Positions 1 through 9,518 of a stretch of DNA of 36,335 nucleotides are shown in pieces. The notes under the pieces were generated by a model that had not been told where the DNA came from, made no database searches, and was given only the letters and a program-made list of their open reading frames with translations. Every line of letters begins with the position of its first letter. Positions within the stretch are counted from its first letter, which is position 1. The position numbers and the translations under genes are program-made. Source of the DNA: a bacterium (GTDB taxonomy: Bacteria; Desulfobacterota; S145-22); contig JAOZMY010000003.1 in the NCBI GenBank assembly GCA_029934085.1, positions 1 to 36,335 of the forward strand, in the 5' to 3' direction.

Positions 1-17
1 AAAAAGAGATGTTCCAT
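1..17 (-). CDS. 5' end of a gene running off the left edge (MEHLF...)
   Basis: ATG at 17-15, AAGGA SD about 5 nt upstream and a sigma70-like promoter at 46-73. Only 5 codons are visible, so the product cannot be assigned. Confidence 0.4.
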
Positions 18-45
18 ATCGTTCCTTTTTTAGAATTTTGCAGAA

Positions 46-73
46 ATTATACTTTAATAGGCGGAAATGTAAA
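46..73 (-). promoter_or_regulatory. sigma70-type promoter for the edge gene
   Basis: Minus strand TTTACA-16 nt-TATAAT. Confidence 0.5.
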
Positions 74-92
74 GGGAAACCAGGGGGCAGGA

Positions 93-1415
93 TTACTTTT
101 TTTTCTTGGCTGTGCGCAGGCTCTTCCAGTGCTCGAGGCGTTTCCGAATCTTCTCCTCGTAGCCTGCTTTTTTGGGGCGGTAGAAGGATTTTTTCGCAAG
201 GCCTTCCGGGAGATAGGTTTGATCCACGACACCGTCGGGGTCATCGTGGGGGTAGAGGTATTCCTTCCCGTATCCCAGGGCCTTCATCAAGCGGGTCGGG
301 GCGTTTCTCAGGTGAAAAGGGACAGGAAGGGCGCCGGTTGTCTGGATTTCACGGAGAACTTCTCCGTAGGCCTTGTAGATGGCGTTGCTCTTTGGGGCAC
401 AGGCCAGATAGATAGCGGCCTGCGCAAGGGCCAGTTCTCCCTCTGGGGAACCGAGGAAACGGTAGGATTCCATCGCCTGGGTGGCGATGAGCAGGGCCAT
501 GGGGTCGGCATTCCCGATGTCCTCCGTGGCGAAGCGGATCATGCGGCGGGCGATGTAGAGGGGATCCTCTCCAGCGGCCAGCATTCGCGCAAGCCAGTAA
601 AGGGCCGCATCGGGGTCGCTTCCGCGAAGGCTTTTGTGGAGGGCGGAGATGAGGTTGTAGTGTTCCTCCCCTGCCTTGTCGTATAGAAGGGTTTCGCGGC
701 GGATGGCCTCTTTCGCAGCCTCCGTGTCGATCACGCGGTTCCCCTCTTCATCAGGAGGGGTGGACAGAACCAGGCCTTCCAGCAGATTCAGGGCGATCCG
801 CGCGTCCCCGTCACAAATCTCGCTGATATGAGTCAAAATGGTGTCGTCAACGTGGGGTTGATACGCCGCCAGGCCTCTTTCTTCGTCAGAGAGGGCCCGT
901 TCGAGGAGTTGCTTGATCTGCTCGGGCTTGAGCGGCTTCAGTACAACGATCTTGGCTCGAGATCTCAAAGGAGGGATGACCTCAAAGGAGGGATTTTCCG
1001 TCGTCGCGCCGATGAGGATAAAGGTTCCATCCTCCACGTAAGGGAGAAAGGCGTCTTGCTGGGATTTAGAGAAACGATGGATCTCGTCCACGAAGAGGAG
1101 GGTCTTCTTTTTTTGTGACGCCCAGAGATCCTTCGCCTCTTTTGCCGCGTTGCGGATGTCTTTCACTCCTGAGAATACCGCGCTCAGGGTGATGAAATGA
1201 CCCTTGAGATGCTCCACGATGAGAAAGGCGAGAGTCGTTTTCCCGCTCCCCGGGGGTCCCCAAAGGATCATGGAGCGGATTTGACCCGCCGTGAGCTGTT
1301 TCCGGAAGGCGGCATTGGGGGCAAGGATATGTTCCTGACCGACCATTTCCGAAAAAGAGCGTGGCCGCATCCGCTCTGCAAGGGGGATGTGCTCAAGGGG
1401 GGATTCGGGGGTCAT
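93..1415 (-). CDS. rarA: Replication-associated recombination protein A (AAA+ ATPase, MgsA/RarA)
   Basis: PLAERMRP N-terminus, Walker A GPPGSGKT, Walker B FVDEIHRF, ATTENPSFE, and SALHKSLRGSDPDAALYWLARM. Start moved to ATG 1415 (MTPES...) so it does not overlap pgsA. Confidence 0.95.
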   Translation of the reverse strand: MTPESPLEHIPLAERMRPRSFSEMVGQEHILAPNAAFRKQLTAGQIRSMILWGPPGSGKTTLAFLIVEHLKGHFITLSAVFSGVKDIRNAAKEAKDLWASQKKKTLLFVDEIHRFSKSQQDAFLPYVEDGTFILIGATTENPSFEVIPPLRSRAKIVVLKPLKPEQIKQLLERALSDEERGLAAYQPHVDDTILTHISEICDGDARIALNLLEGLVLSTPPDEEGNRVIDTEAAKEAIRRETLLYDKAGEEHYNLISALHKSLRGSDPDAALYWLARMLAAGEDPLYIARRMIRFATEDIGNADPMALLIATQAMESYRFLGSPEGELALAQAAIYLACAPKSNAIYKAYGEVLREIQTTGALPVPFHLRNAPTRLMKALGYGKEYLYPHDDPDGVVDQTYLPEGLAKKSFYRPKKAGYEEKIRKRLEHWKSLRTAKKKK

Positions 1416-1423
1416 GATGGAGA

Positions 1424-2002
1424 TCAGGGTTCGGGATTTTGAGAAAGGGCCTCTTTGAAGAAGCGGACGAAGTAGTCGGCGCCGGACCAGACCGTCATGA
1501 TAAGGGCGATCCAAAGGAAGATCATGCCCAGCCGTTCGATGGGAAGGGAGAGGTAGTCGTAGTGGAGGATGAGGAGATTCGTAGCGATGGATTGGCTCAG
1601 GGCCTTATATTTCCCGAGCCGACTGGCCGAGATGATGATATTTTCCGTGGCCGCGATCCCTCTAAGGCCGGTCACGGCGATCTCTCGGCCGATGATGATC
1701 GTCACGATCCAGGTTGGCGCGCGGTTCAGGCCGATGAGCATGATCAGGGCGGAGGTTAGCAGGAGCTTGTCCGCCAGAGGATCGAGAAAACGCCCCAGGC
1801 GGGTGACGATTTTCATCCGTCGCGCGAGGTATCCGTCCACGATGTCCGTTAAGGAAGCGAGTAGGTAAAGAAGGGCCGCGAAGAAGCTGGGTAGTTTTGC
1901 GGGAAAGAAGAGGAGAACCACGATCACGGGGATGACGGCGATCCTCGCGAGTGTGAGGCGATTGGCAAGGTTCCAAAGTTTTTCAGGTGGATACGTTTTC
2001 AA
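1424..2002 (-). CDS. pgsA: CDP-diacylglycerol--glycerol-3-phosphate 3-phosphatidyltransferase
   Basis: NLANRLTLAR and CDP-alcohol phosphotransferase motif DIVDGYLARR...GRFLDPLADK; hydrophobic. Confidence 0.93.
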   Translation of the reverse strand: MKTYPPEKLWNLANRLTLARIAVIPVIVVLLFFPAKLPSFFAALLYLLASLTDIVDGYLARRMKIVTRLGRFLDPLADKLLLTSALIMLIGLNRAPTWIVTIIIGREIAVTGLRGIAATENIIISASRLGKYKALSQSIATNLLILHYDYLSLPIERLGMIFLWIALIMTVWSGADYFVRFFKEALSQNPEP

Positions 2003-2007
2003 GGGAT

Positions 2008-2622
2008 CTACCGATACATCCGGTAATAGGTCAGGACTTTCTTGATATAGTCTTTCGTCTCTCTGTAGGGGGGGACCTTCCCATACTGGTCCACGCGGTT
2101 TGGGCCGGCGTTATAGGCGGCGAGGGAAAGGGAAAGATCACCGTTGAACTTCTTAAGGAGCATTTTGAGATATTGTACACCGGCCCGGATATTCTCTTCA
2201 GGATCGAAGACGTCTTGAACGGAGAGGTCTCGGGCCGTTTCAGGCATAAGTTGCATCAACCCCTGAGCCCCCTTCTTGGATACGGCGTAGGGGTTGAAAT
2301 CGGACTCTGCGTGGATGACCGCCTTGATAAGGGCCTTGCTTACCCCGTATTTTTTTGCATATCTGTTGATGAGGGGCTCATACTTGGCGGGGTTCCTCGT
2401 ATAGGCCCGGAGCACGGTCCTGGCGCTGGACTCTCTATCCCGTATGTACAGTTTGTATTTGTTACTGGTTGGAACGTTGGTGAAGTGATAGACTCCGTTG
2501 GCGTCTACCATGACGTAGATCCCAGAAAGGACCGGGAGGGGCAAGAAAACCATGATTGCGAAGAGGCCGGCACAAGCCAATCCTTTTATCCTGTTCGTTT
2601 TGATATCTTTACCTTTACCCAT
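2008..2622 (-). CDS. Lytic transglycosylase (SLT domain) with N-terminal DUF4124-like segment and signal/anchor
   Basis: AVIHAESDFNPYAVSKKGAQGLMQLMP, AAYNAGP, PPYRET; IYVMVDANGVYHFTNVP resembles DUF4124. Confidence 0.9.
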   Translation of the reverse strand: MGKGKDIKTNRIKGLACAGLFAIMVFLPLPVLSGIYVMVDANGVYHFTNVPTSNKYKLYIRDRESSARTVLRAYTRNPAKYEPLINRYAKKYGVSKALIKAVIHAESDFNPYAVSKKGAQGLMQLMPETARDLSVQDVFDPEENIRAGVQYLKMLLKKFNGDLSLSLAAYNAGPNRVDQYGKVPPYRETKDYIKKVLTYYRMYR

Positions 2623-2662
2623 TTTTTGTTTGGAAACAAGGTCAAAATTCTATTTTGCAACA

Positions 2663-2690
2663 AATATACGCAATTAAACGCTTTTGTCAA
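2663..2690 (-). promoter_or_regulatory. sigma70-type promoter of the slt-pgsA-rarA operon
   Basis: Minus strand TTGACA-16 nt-TATATT. Confidence 0.55.
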
Positions 2691-2713
2691 TATGGGATGG
2701 TCATGATTTTGTG

Positions 2714-2731
2714 CCAAATCAAGCGATTTGG
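2714..2731. promoter_or_regulatory. Inverted repeat, candidate operator between divergent promoters
   Basis: CCAAATC-aagc-GATTTGG, perfect 7-bp arms. Confidence 0.35.
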
Positions 2732-2738
2732 ACTTTGA

Positions 2739-2767
2739 TTGAAAAATCTTTCACTTTATTTTATCAT
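2739..2767 (+). promoter_or_regulatory. sigma70-type promoter of the kinase genes
   Basis: TTGAAA-17 nt-TATCAT. Confidence 0.4.
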
Positions 2768-2812
2768 AATGTGCGAATTGGTGTAATCATTAGAGGTATA
2801 AAGGGATTTTAA

Positions 2813-4300
2813 ATGTCTTCAGGGTCATTTTGGGTGCTCGTTCAGACGCCCGTCAAGCGTGAAGCCCAGGAGAATGCCTTCCACTTCGACAAGCGAGACA
2901 TGGCGTTAGGCCTATTTGGGGATGGGACGTTTGTCGATGGCGACGAGACGTTTCTGAGCCTTTTGGGGAAACCTTCCTATCCCGTGAAACTTGAAGAGGT
3001 CTTTAACCCCGAACATACGAAGATGCTGTTGCAGGTTTTTTCTGAACCTGCGTCGCCGGCCCTGTATTTCGAAGTGGAAAGGCGGGGTGAGAGGTACACG
3101 GTGTCTACCTTTCGGTCTACAACCGACAAGGATCGATATTTTTGGTTGGTGGTGGACAAAACGAGCCATCCGACGGGAAAACCAATCGTGGGATTCGAAC
3201 AACGCTATCGTCGCCTGTTCGAAAACCTCAAAGATGCCGTGTTTGCCAGTACCGTCGAGGGGAGATTTATCGATATCAATCCTGCCGGCGTGGAGATGCT
3301 GGGCTATAGCTCGAAGGAAGAGGTGTTGAAATTAAACATCCTGACGGATTTATACTACTATCCCGAGGATCGTTTGAAATACCAGGAAATCATCGCGAGG
3401 CAGGGGTATGTGAGGGATTATGAGGTTGTGTTCAAGAAGAAAGACAAGACCCCTCTCTTTGTCTCCATGTCGAATATCGCCGTTTATGATGAGGAGCGAA
3501 AGGTCCTGGGATATGAGGGAATCTTCCGAGACCTAACCCGTCAGAAGCAGATCGAGGAAGAGCTCAAGCGCAAGAATGCACAGTTGGAATCGTATGTGTA
3601 TACCGTCTCCCACGACTTAAAGTCCCCCGTCATTGCCATACAGGGCTTTTCCCGTCTTTTGATGAGACGCTATCGAGACGTGCTGGACAAGAAAGGCGTG
3701 GAACTTTTAGAACGGATTATGGGAATTTCTAAGCGAATAGAGAAGATGATTATGGATCTTCTTGCCTATTCAAAGGCAGAGAAAGATGCCGTGGGAGAGT
3801 TTGAATTTATCGATACGTATCAGGTCGTCCAGTCCATCATTGAGGAGTTGAAGTTGAAATGGGAGGGACATCCTGTTACATTTAATGTGAGTGAGGGGCT
3901 GCCGGAGATTCTTTTTCACCCCGGGAGCTTCAGGCAGATCATGTCGAACCTTATCGACAATGCCATCAAATATAGTCGGCAGTCGCCCTCATCGGTTGTG
4001 ACCATCGACTGTTGGATTGAGGACGGTTCTGTGGTATTTTCGGTAAAGGACAATGGCATCGGCATTGACCCAACCCTGCAAGATAAGATATTTGATGTCT
4101 TTGAAAGGGGAGAAGCTCCGGAGGAGATTGAAGGAACAGGAATCGGATTGAGCATCATCAAGCGGATTATTGAAACCCATCATGGGAAGATCTGGCTTGA
4201 TTCGGAGAAAGGTAAAGGGACAACCTTCTACGTGCGGTTGCCGGTTCGCACGTTGAAGAGGAAAGAGACCGCTTCCCACCGAGATGGTGCGCTTATGTGA
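2813..4300 (+). CDS. Cytoplasmic PAS-domain sensor histidine kinase
   Basis: PAS/PAC (YRRLFENLKDAVF...EGIFRDLT), H-box VSHDLKSP, N-box NLIDNAIKY, G1 VKDNGIGI, G2 GTGIGLSI. Confidence 0.93.
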   Translation: MSSGSFWVLVQTPVKREAQENAFHFDKRDMALGLFGDGTFVDGDETFLSLLGKPSYPVKLEEVFNPEHTKMLLQVFSEPASPALYFEVERRGERYTVSTFRSTTDKDRYFWLVVDKTSHPTGKPIVGFEQRYRRLFENLKDAVFASTVEGRFIDINPAGVEMLGYSSKEEVLKLNILTDLYYYPEDRLKYQEIIARQGYVRDYEVVFKKKDKTPLFVSMSNIAVYDEERKVLGYEGIFRDLTRQKQIEEELKRKNAQLESYVYTVSHDLKSPVIAIQGFSRLLMRRYRDVLDKKGVELLERIMGISKRIEKMIMDLLAYSKAEKDAVGEFEFIDTYQVVQSIIEELKLKWEGHPVTFNVSEGLPEILFHPGSFRQIMSNLIDNAIKYSRQSPSSVVTIDCWIEDGSVVFSVKDNGIGIDPTLQDKIFDVFERGEAPEEIEGTGIGLSIIKRIIETHHGKIWLDSEKGKGTTFYVRLPVRTLKRKETASHRDGALM

Positions 4301-4321
4301 GGTTGTCCGGTTGAGAGGGTT

Positions 4322-6283
4322 GTGGAAAGTCGCATAAAAATTTTTAGGAACTACCTGCGGGCCCTGATCCAGGCGGTTTTTCCGTCTGAACCTTGGTTTA
4401 TTCTCCTCTTTTCTCAAATAGGCGTCAGAGAGACCCATAGGATTTTCCTGTCGTTTCCTTTTGAAGAGAACTTTTTGACCGACAAGATGACAACGTATCT
4501 CCTCCCGAAACTCCCTAAGGATATGTCAGCCCCCGTGTATCGTCGGGATCTCGTTCCTGATTTTTCTGTTTCCTCGGTCAACGTGAAATACGATATCACG
4601 GCGCCCATCTCCTACAATGGTCGCCAGATAGGCCTTTTCTGGGTGGGAACCTATGACTGGAACGGTTTCATGACGCTTCAGAGGAAGACGGTTATCCACC
4701 TTGCCGCACTTATCGGGTTTATGCTGGGGGTCTTTGCGCAGTCGGAGATGCAGGAACAGGATCTCATCGCATCAGAGATACGTTTCCGGGATTTGGTTCG
4801 CCATCTGGATGATGCCGTCTTTGTGGCGGAGAACGATCGCCTTGTCTATGTCAATCCCTCCTTGAGCGCGCTTTTTGCCTCCCCGGAGTCGGAAATCCTC
4901 GGGAAGTCCCTTCAGGAATGGATATATCCTGATGATGTGGAGGCTTTTAAACTCAGGTGGAAGCGTCTGCTGTATGGCGAGCCCTTTCCCCAGGACTATG
5001 AGATCAGGTTCAGGAACAAAGAGGGGGAAACTCGACAATGTCTCCTGACCCTTCGTAGGATGCCCTCTACGAAAGAGCCCGTTATCTTAGGGACCCTAAA
5101 GGACGTTACGGGGCTTAAGAATATCTGGAACGGTCTGTACGAGGCGAAGAAGAAGGAGGCCATTGGGACCCTGGCGGGAGGTATGGCCCACGATTTTAAC
5201 AATATCTTGGGAAGCATCCTTGGGTACGCCTCCCTGATCAAGCGTGAGGTCTCCACGGGCGAGAAACTCTATCACTATGCGGATGGTATCGAACAGTCTT
5301 CCAACCGGGCCGCCAAGCTGATTCAGCAGCTTTTGGGATTTTCCTTCAAAGGACGATACAAGGAAATCCCCTTTGTGTTACAGGGAACCCTCCAGGATCT
5401 AAAGGAAATCCTCGAAAACATGGTGGATCCGTCCATAGAGATTGTCCTTCAAATGGCGCGGGAGCCCCTGATGATCCTTGGGGATATGGATCAGGTTCAC
5501 CAATCGCTGTTGAATGTTTGTTTGAACGCCAAGGATGCCATGCCGGAAGGGGGTGTCCTCAAACTCGGCCTCTCAAAACGGTGGATCCCTGCGGCAAAGA
5601 CCTCTTTGAACCAGAAGCTGTTCCCTGGTGTCTATGCCCAGGTAACCATTGAAGACACGGGATGCGGCATGCATAAGGGGGTCTTGGAAAAGATATTCGA
5701 TCCCTTTTTTACGACCAAAGAGGTGGGCAACGGTGTCGGTCTGGGCCTGTCCATGACATATGGGATTGTCAAGAGTCACGGTGGATTCATTGAGGTGGAG
5801 AGCACTCCCGGGAAGGGGAGCCTTTTCAAGATTTGTTTCCCCCTTTACGAGGGGGCGTCCGAGTTACCTGAGGATCAGGACTTTGATCCCGCCTTTTTAG
5901 GGAAGGGGGAATGGATTCTTGTGGTGGATGACGATGAAGAGTTCCGAAATAGGTTGAGAGAGATCCTGGCGAGCCATGGGTATCATGTGCGTCTCGCAGA
6001 AAATGGGGAAGAGGCCGTCAGGCTCTATAGAGAGGCCTTTCCCTTTACCACCTTTCATCTCGTTCTCCTCGATATGTCCATGCCTGTCATGGGTGGGGAG
6101 GAGACCTTTTGGGAGCTCAAGCGAATTGACCCCGATGTGACGGTGGTCTTGATGACCGGGTTTGCCTTGGACGGGGATGTGCGAGACCTCCTTCAGTCAG
6201 GGGTCCCCGGTTATATCCAAAAACCCTTCAAGACAAGCAGCCTTCTGAGGGCGGTTCGGACGACGCTGGATCTAAACGGATAA
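4322..6283 (+). CDS. Hybrid sensor kinase (GAF-like/PAS-HisKA-HATPase-receiver; CckA-like)
   Basis: [13 protein letters not shown]-box, [21 protein letters not shown], and a C-terminal receiver (ILVVDDD...LLDMSMP...KPF). GTG start with GAGAGG upstream. Confidence 0.9.
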   Translation: MESRIKIFRNYLRALIQAVFPSEPWFILLFSQIGVRETHRIFLSFPFEENFLTDKMTTYLLPKLPKDMSAPVYRRDLVPDFSVSSVNVKYDITAPISYNGRQIGLFWVGTYDWNGFMTLQRKTVIHLAALIGFMLGVFAQSEMQEQDLIASEIRFRDLVRHLDDAVFVAENDRLVYVNPSLSALFASPESEILGKSLQEWIYPDDVEAFKLRWKRLLYGEPFPQDYEIRFRNKEGETRQCLLTLRRMPSTKEPVILGTLKDVTGLKNIWNGLYEAKKKEAIGTLAGGMAHDFNNILGSILGYASLIKREVSTGEKLYHYADGIEQSSNRAAKLIQQLLGFSFKGRYKEIPFVLQGTLQDLKEILENMVDPSIEIVLQMAREPLMILGDMDQVHQSLLNVCLNAKDAMPEGGVLKLGLSKRWIPAAKTSLNQKLFPGVYAQVTIEDTGCGMHKGVLEKIFDPFFTTKEVGNGVGLGLSMTYGIVKSHGGFIEVESTPGKGSLFKICFPLYEGASELPEDQDFDPAFLGKGEWILVVDDDEEFRNRLREILASHGYHVRLAENGEEAVRLYREAFPFTTFHLVLLDMSMPVMGGEETFWELKRIDPDVTVVLMTGFALDGDVRDLLQSGVPGYIQKPFKTSSLLRAVRTTLDLNG

Positions 6284-6829
6284 ACGTTTTACCCTTTCCG
6301 CCGCCTTTTTGCCTTCCTCTATCCCGATACTCAGCGCTTTTTTGTTCAGATCCGCGCTCCAGGGGGGAACCCGTTTCAAAACGGCCTCTGTGAGGGAGGA
6401 GACCTTTACGATCTTGGAGATCTCTGCGATGGCCCCGATGGCGATGATATTAGCCACAAAGGCCTTTCCCAGTTCTTCCTTAGCCAGTCGTGTGAAAGGG
6501 ATCTGATAGGCCTGGTTCGTGGGAACCTGGTGGACCAGAGAGCTATCCACGATGAGGAGCCCATCTTTTTTCAGGTCGAGATAGTATTCATCACACGATT
6601 TCTGGTTCATGCAGAGGAGAAGGTCGAGACGATTGGCCTTAGGGTAGTAGATGGTCTCGTCGCTGATGATGACCTCGGATTTGCTCGCGCCGCCTCGGGC
6701 CTCGGGACCGTAACTCTGTGTCTGGACAACATTTTTCCCGTCGTAAATCCCGGCGGCCTCCGCGAGGATGATTCCAATGAGGATCAGTCCCTGGCCACCT
6801 GAACCGGATAATCTTACTTCGTAACGCAT
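6272..6829 (-). CDS. korC: 2-oxoacid:ferredoxin oxidoreductase gamma subunit
   Basis: GSGGQG and QSYGPEARGG motifs; operon context. Confidence 0.9.
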   Translation of the reverse strand: MRYEVRLSGSGGQGLILIGIILAEAAGIYDGKNVVQTQSYGPEARGGASKSEVIISDETIYYPKANRLDLLLCMNQKSCDEYYLDLKKDGLLIVDSSLVHQVPTNQAYQIPFTRLAKEELGKAFVANIIAIGAIAEISKIVKVSSLTEAVLKRVPPWSADLNKKALSIGIEEGKKAAERVKRLSV

Positions 6830-6841
6830 CTGTTTTCTCCT

Positions 6842-7672
6842 TTACGCCAGTCCCTTGGCTCTTTCTCTTACCTTTTCGTATTCTTCCTCGTAAACGGGCA
6901 GGTCTTTGTCGACGAGGATCCCCGTGATGATTTTATCCTTCAACTCTTCGGGAGACATCTTGGCGGCCTTTTCAACTGGGATGGAGTTGTCCCGCTGCCA
7001 TTTCAACATGTCGACGGCCGATCCCAACTTGTTCTGGCGTCCATACTGGACATGGCAGTGCGTGACAACCTCCACGACGCTGAAGCCCTTTTTGAGGATC
7101 GCCTTTTCGATGAGATTGTCCAGCAGCTTGGCGTTGTATACCGTTTGCCTGCCGACAAAGACGGCCCCCGCAGTTACGGCCAACTCGGAAATCTTGAAAG
7201 CCTGCTCGATACTGTTGTAAACGGCCGTGGAGGCCCGCATTCCATAGGGTGTGGTAGGGGAGTATTGTCCACCCGTCATCCCGTAGATACTGTTATTGAG
7301 GATGATGGCTGTGATATCGATGTTCCGGCGGGCGGCATGGATAAAATGATTCCCCCCGATCGCCATGCTGTCACCGTCTCCCATGATGGTGATCACGTTG
7401 AGCGATGGTTTTGCCAGCTTGACGCCCGTAGCGTAGGTCAAGGCGCGGCCATGAGTGGTATGAAGGGTGTTGAAATCCACGTAAACGGGGAGCCGGCCGG
7501 AACACCCGATCCCGGAAACGAGAACGATATCATCTTTTGAAAGTCCCGTCTTGTCGATGGCGCGGATGAGCGATCCCAGCAGGATCCCGTTGCCGCAGCC
7601 TGGACACCAGACGTGCGGGAATTTCTTGTCGTGTCGAAGATAGTTATGAATGAGTCTCGTATACTCAGGCAT
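6842..7672 (-). CDS. korB: 2-oxoacid:ferredoxin oxidoreductase beta subunit (TPP-binding)
   Basis: WCPGCG, SGIGCS, HTTHGR, GDGD...NNSIYGMTGGQ. ATG overlaps the korA stop (TGATG). Confidence 0.93.
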   Translation of the reverse strand: MPEYTRLIHNYLRHDKKFPHVWCPGCGNGILLGSLIRAIDKTGLSKDDIVLVSGIGCSGRLPVYVDFNTLHTTHGRALTYATGVKLAKPSLNVITIMGDGDSMAIGGNHFIHAARRNIDITAIILNNSIYGMTGGQYSPTTPYGMRASTAVYNSIEQAFKISELAVTAGAVFVGRQTVYNAKLLDNLIEKAILKKGFSVVEVVTHCHVQYGRQNKLGSAVDMLKWQRDNSIPVEKAAKMSPEELKDKIITGILVDKDLPVYEEEYEKVRERAKGLA

Positions 7673-8811
7673 CAATAGACCTCCTTGAGTTTTCGTAAGA
7701 TGTCATCCGGTGTAATGACCTGTCCATCCACGCGGTTGAGGGTGATAATCCGGGCATAGCCTTGGTCCACGCGTTTTACCTCACGGGAGTATTGCCCCAT
7801 ATTCATTTCAGGAATGATAACGGCGCGGACGTTTTTGAGGATCTCTTCAACCGCCCCCCGCATGAAGGGCCAGATGGTGATGGGGCGAAAAACCCCAACC
7901 TTTTGACCTTTCTCGCGGGCGAGGATCGCGGCCTGCTTCGCGGATCGTGCCACGGAGCCATAAGAAATAATGGCGACCTCGGCATCGTCCATCAGGAAAT
8001 ATTCCCCCTCCTGAATATAGGGGAGTCCTTTGTCGATTTTCCTGTGAAGTCTGTGTATGAAGGCGTCCACTTCGTCCGGCCTCGATGTGGGGAAGCCCCG
8101 AACGTCATGAACCAAACCGGTAACATGGTAGCGATATCCGTCACCAAAAGCGGACATGGGGGGAACCCCGATGCTGTTATCTTCATAGGGGATATACCAG
8201 TCCGGAGGGACGTTGGGCCGGACGCGCTCGATGATTTCAAGGGACTCCGCGGGAGGTAGTGTGATCTTTTCGCGCATGTGGGCGATGACTTCGTCCGTGG
8301 TCAAAATTACGGGGACACGGTAGCGCTCCGAGAGGTTGAAGGCCTTGATGGTGGCGTAAAAGCACTCCTCGACGGAATGGGGGCAGAGAACGATAATGGG
8401 GTGGTCTCCGTGGGTGCCCCAGCGGGACTGCATGATATCTCCCTGGGCCGGATTCGTTGGGAGACCGGTGCTGGGACCGCCCCGCATGATGTTGACCACC
8501 ACACAGGGAACCTCTGTGATACAGGCGAATCCAATGTTTTCCTGCATGAGGGAAAATCCAGGCCCGCTTGTCGCCGTCATCGATTTGACGCCTGTGAGGG
8601 AGGCCCCGATAATAGCGCCCATGCTTCCGATTTCATCTTCCATCTGGACGAAGGTTCCGTCCACCATGGGCATTTTCACGGACATCCCTTCCGCGATTTC
8701 CGTGGCGGGCGTGATGGGGTAGCCTGCGAAAAAACGGCATCCGGCGGCGATTGCCCCTTCGACGATGGCTTCGTTTCCTTGAAGAAGAAGTGGTTGGTTT
8801 GTATTACCCAT
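7672..8811 (-). CDS. korA: 2-oxoacid:ferredoxin oxidoreductase alpha subunit
   Basis: GNEA, FFAGYPITP, QMEDE, TSGPGFSLM, RGGPSTGLPT. Start at ATG 8811 after an AGGAGG SD. Confidence 0.93.
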   Translation of the reverse strand: MGNTNQPLLLQGNEAIVEGAIAAGCRFFAGYPITPATEIAEGMSVKMPMVDGTFVQMEDEIGSMGAIIGASLTGVKSMTATSGPGFSLMQENIGFACITEVPCVVVNIMRGGPSTGLPTNPAQGDIMQSRWGTHGDHPIIVLCPHSVEECFYATIKAFNLSERYRVPVILTTDEVIAHMREKITLPPAESLEIIERVRPNVPPDWYIPYEDNSIGVPPMSAFGDGYRYHVTGLVHDVRGFPTSRPDEVDAFIHRLHRKIDKGLPYIQEGEYFLMDDAEVAIISYGSVARSAKQAAILAREKGQKVGVFRPITIWPFMRGAVEEILKNVRAVIIPEMNMGQYSREVKRVDQGYARIITLNRVDGQVITPDDILRKLKEVY

Positions 8812-9094
8812 GGGCGGATCCTCCTTTCCCTGCATTCAGGCGATCTTCCGTGATGACCGTAATGGCGAAATCCGGACATCTCAATTCGCACTGCATGCAG
8901 GCTATGCAGGCTTCGAGGTTCTTGGCATACGCATGCCCCTCTTCGTCCTGTGCCAGGACCCCTTTCGGGCAGAAGGCCACGCAGATACCGCAGCCCTTGC
9001 ACCACGCCTTGTAGACATCGATCGCGACGGTTTTCCGGCGTTTGGTCGTCTTTGTGGTTTTTCCTTCTTTGGCTTGTTTGGCTACTTTTGCCAT
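8804..9094 (-). CDS. korD: 2-oxoacid:ferredoxin oxidoreductase delta subunit (2x[4Fe-4S] ferredoxin)
   Basis: CKGCGICVAFCP and CIACMQCELRCPDFAI; first gene of the kor operon. Confidence 0.9.
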   Translation of the reverse strand: MAKVAKQAKEGKTTKTTKRRKTVAIDVYKAWCKGCGICVAFCPKGVLAQDEEGHAYAKNLEACIACMQCELRCPDFAITVITEDRLNAGKGGSAHG

Positions 9095-9345
9095 TGATTC
9101 CCCCTATGTGGTGTATATTTTCCAGGGTTGAGGATCCCCCAAGGTGGCGGTGATATTCGCCTTTTTGGAAAGGCCCTCTGATGTCTTAGTGAGATACATG
9201 ATAATGTTTTAAAGGGACAACAACATCGTGGTTCTGTTGGATCGGGTGATGCTGTATAAGGCCGGGGACAGATTCCTCCTGATTTCCCATAACTTATCGG
9301 CCTCGGTTTGGTTTCTTGCCTGAAAAGAGGTCGATAGCGGCCGTT

Positions 9346-9374
9346 TTTATGGCACATTTTCCGGGTGTTGTCAA
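9346..9374 (-). promoter_or_regulatory. sigma70-type promoter upstream of korD
   Basis: Minus strand TTGACA-17 nt (ending TGc)-CATAAA. Confidence 0.5.
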
Positions 9375-9518
9375 GTTGCGCCCCCATTATAGGCTTAGAA
9401 ACCACCTTTATTGTTTCGGTAAAGACCTTTTGGAGAGATTATTGGGGCCTTTAGGGGGCGTGCGTGTTGTTTTTCCACCATTGTCTAATGTATATTAAAG
9501 AACAGGAGGAGACAGGAA

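Noticed and set aside
9-686. Other long overlapping ORFs (e.g. 9..686 +, 1987..2706 +, 17178..18092 +, 19543..20268 +, 22600..23553 -)
   Set aside because: All lie antisense to motif-supported genes and have no family signatures.
1416-1514. ORF-track N-terminal extensions of rarA (also korA 8835, dctM 32943, hypothetical 21569)
   Set aside because: They overlap upstream genes, and downstream starts have better SD or coupling and match family N-termini.
9350-9366. TGGCAC motifs (here and on the minus strand at about 2711-2717) as sigma54 promoters
   Set aside because: No GC at the -12 position, and sigma70-like elements explain the regions better.
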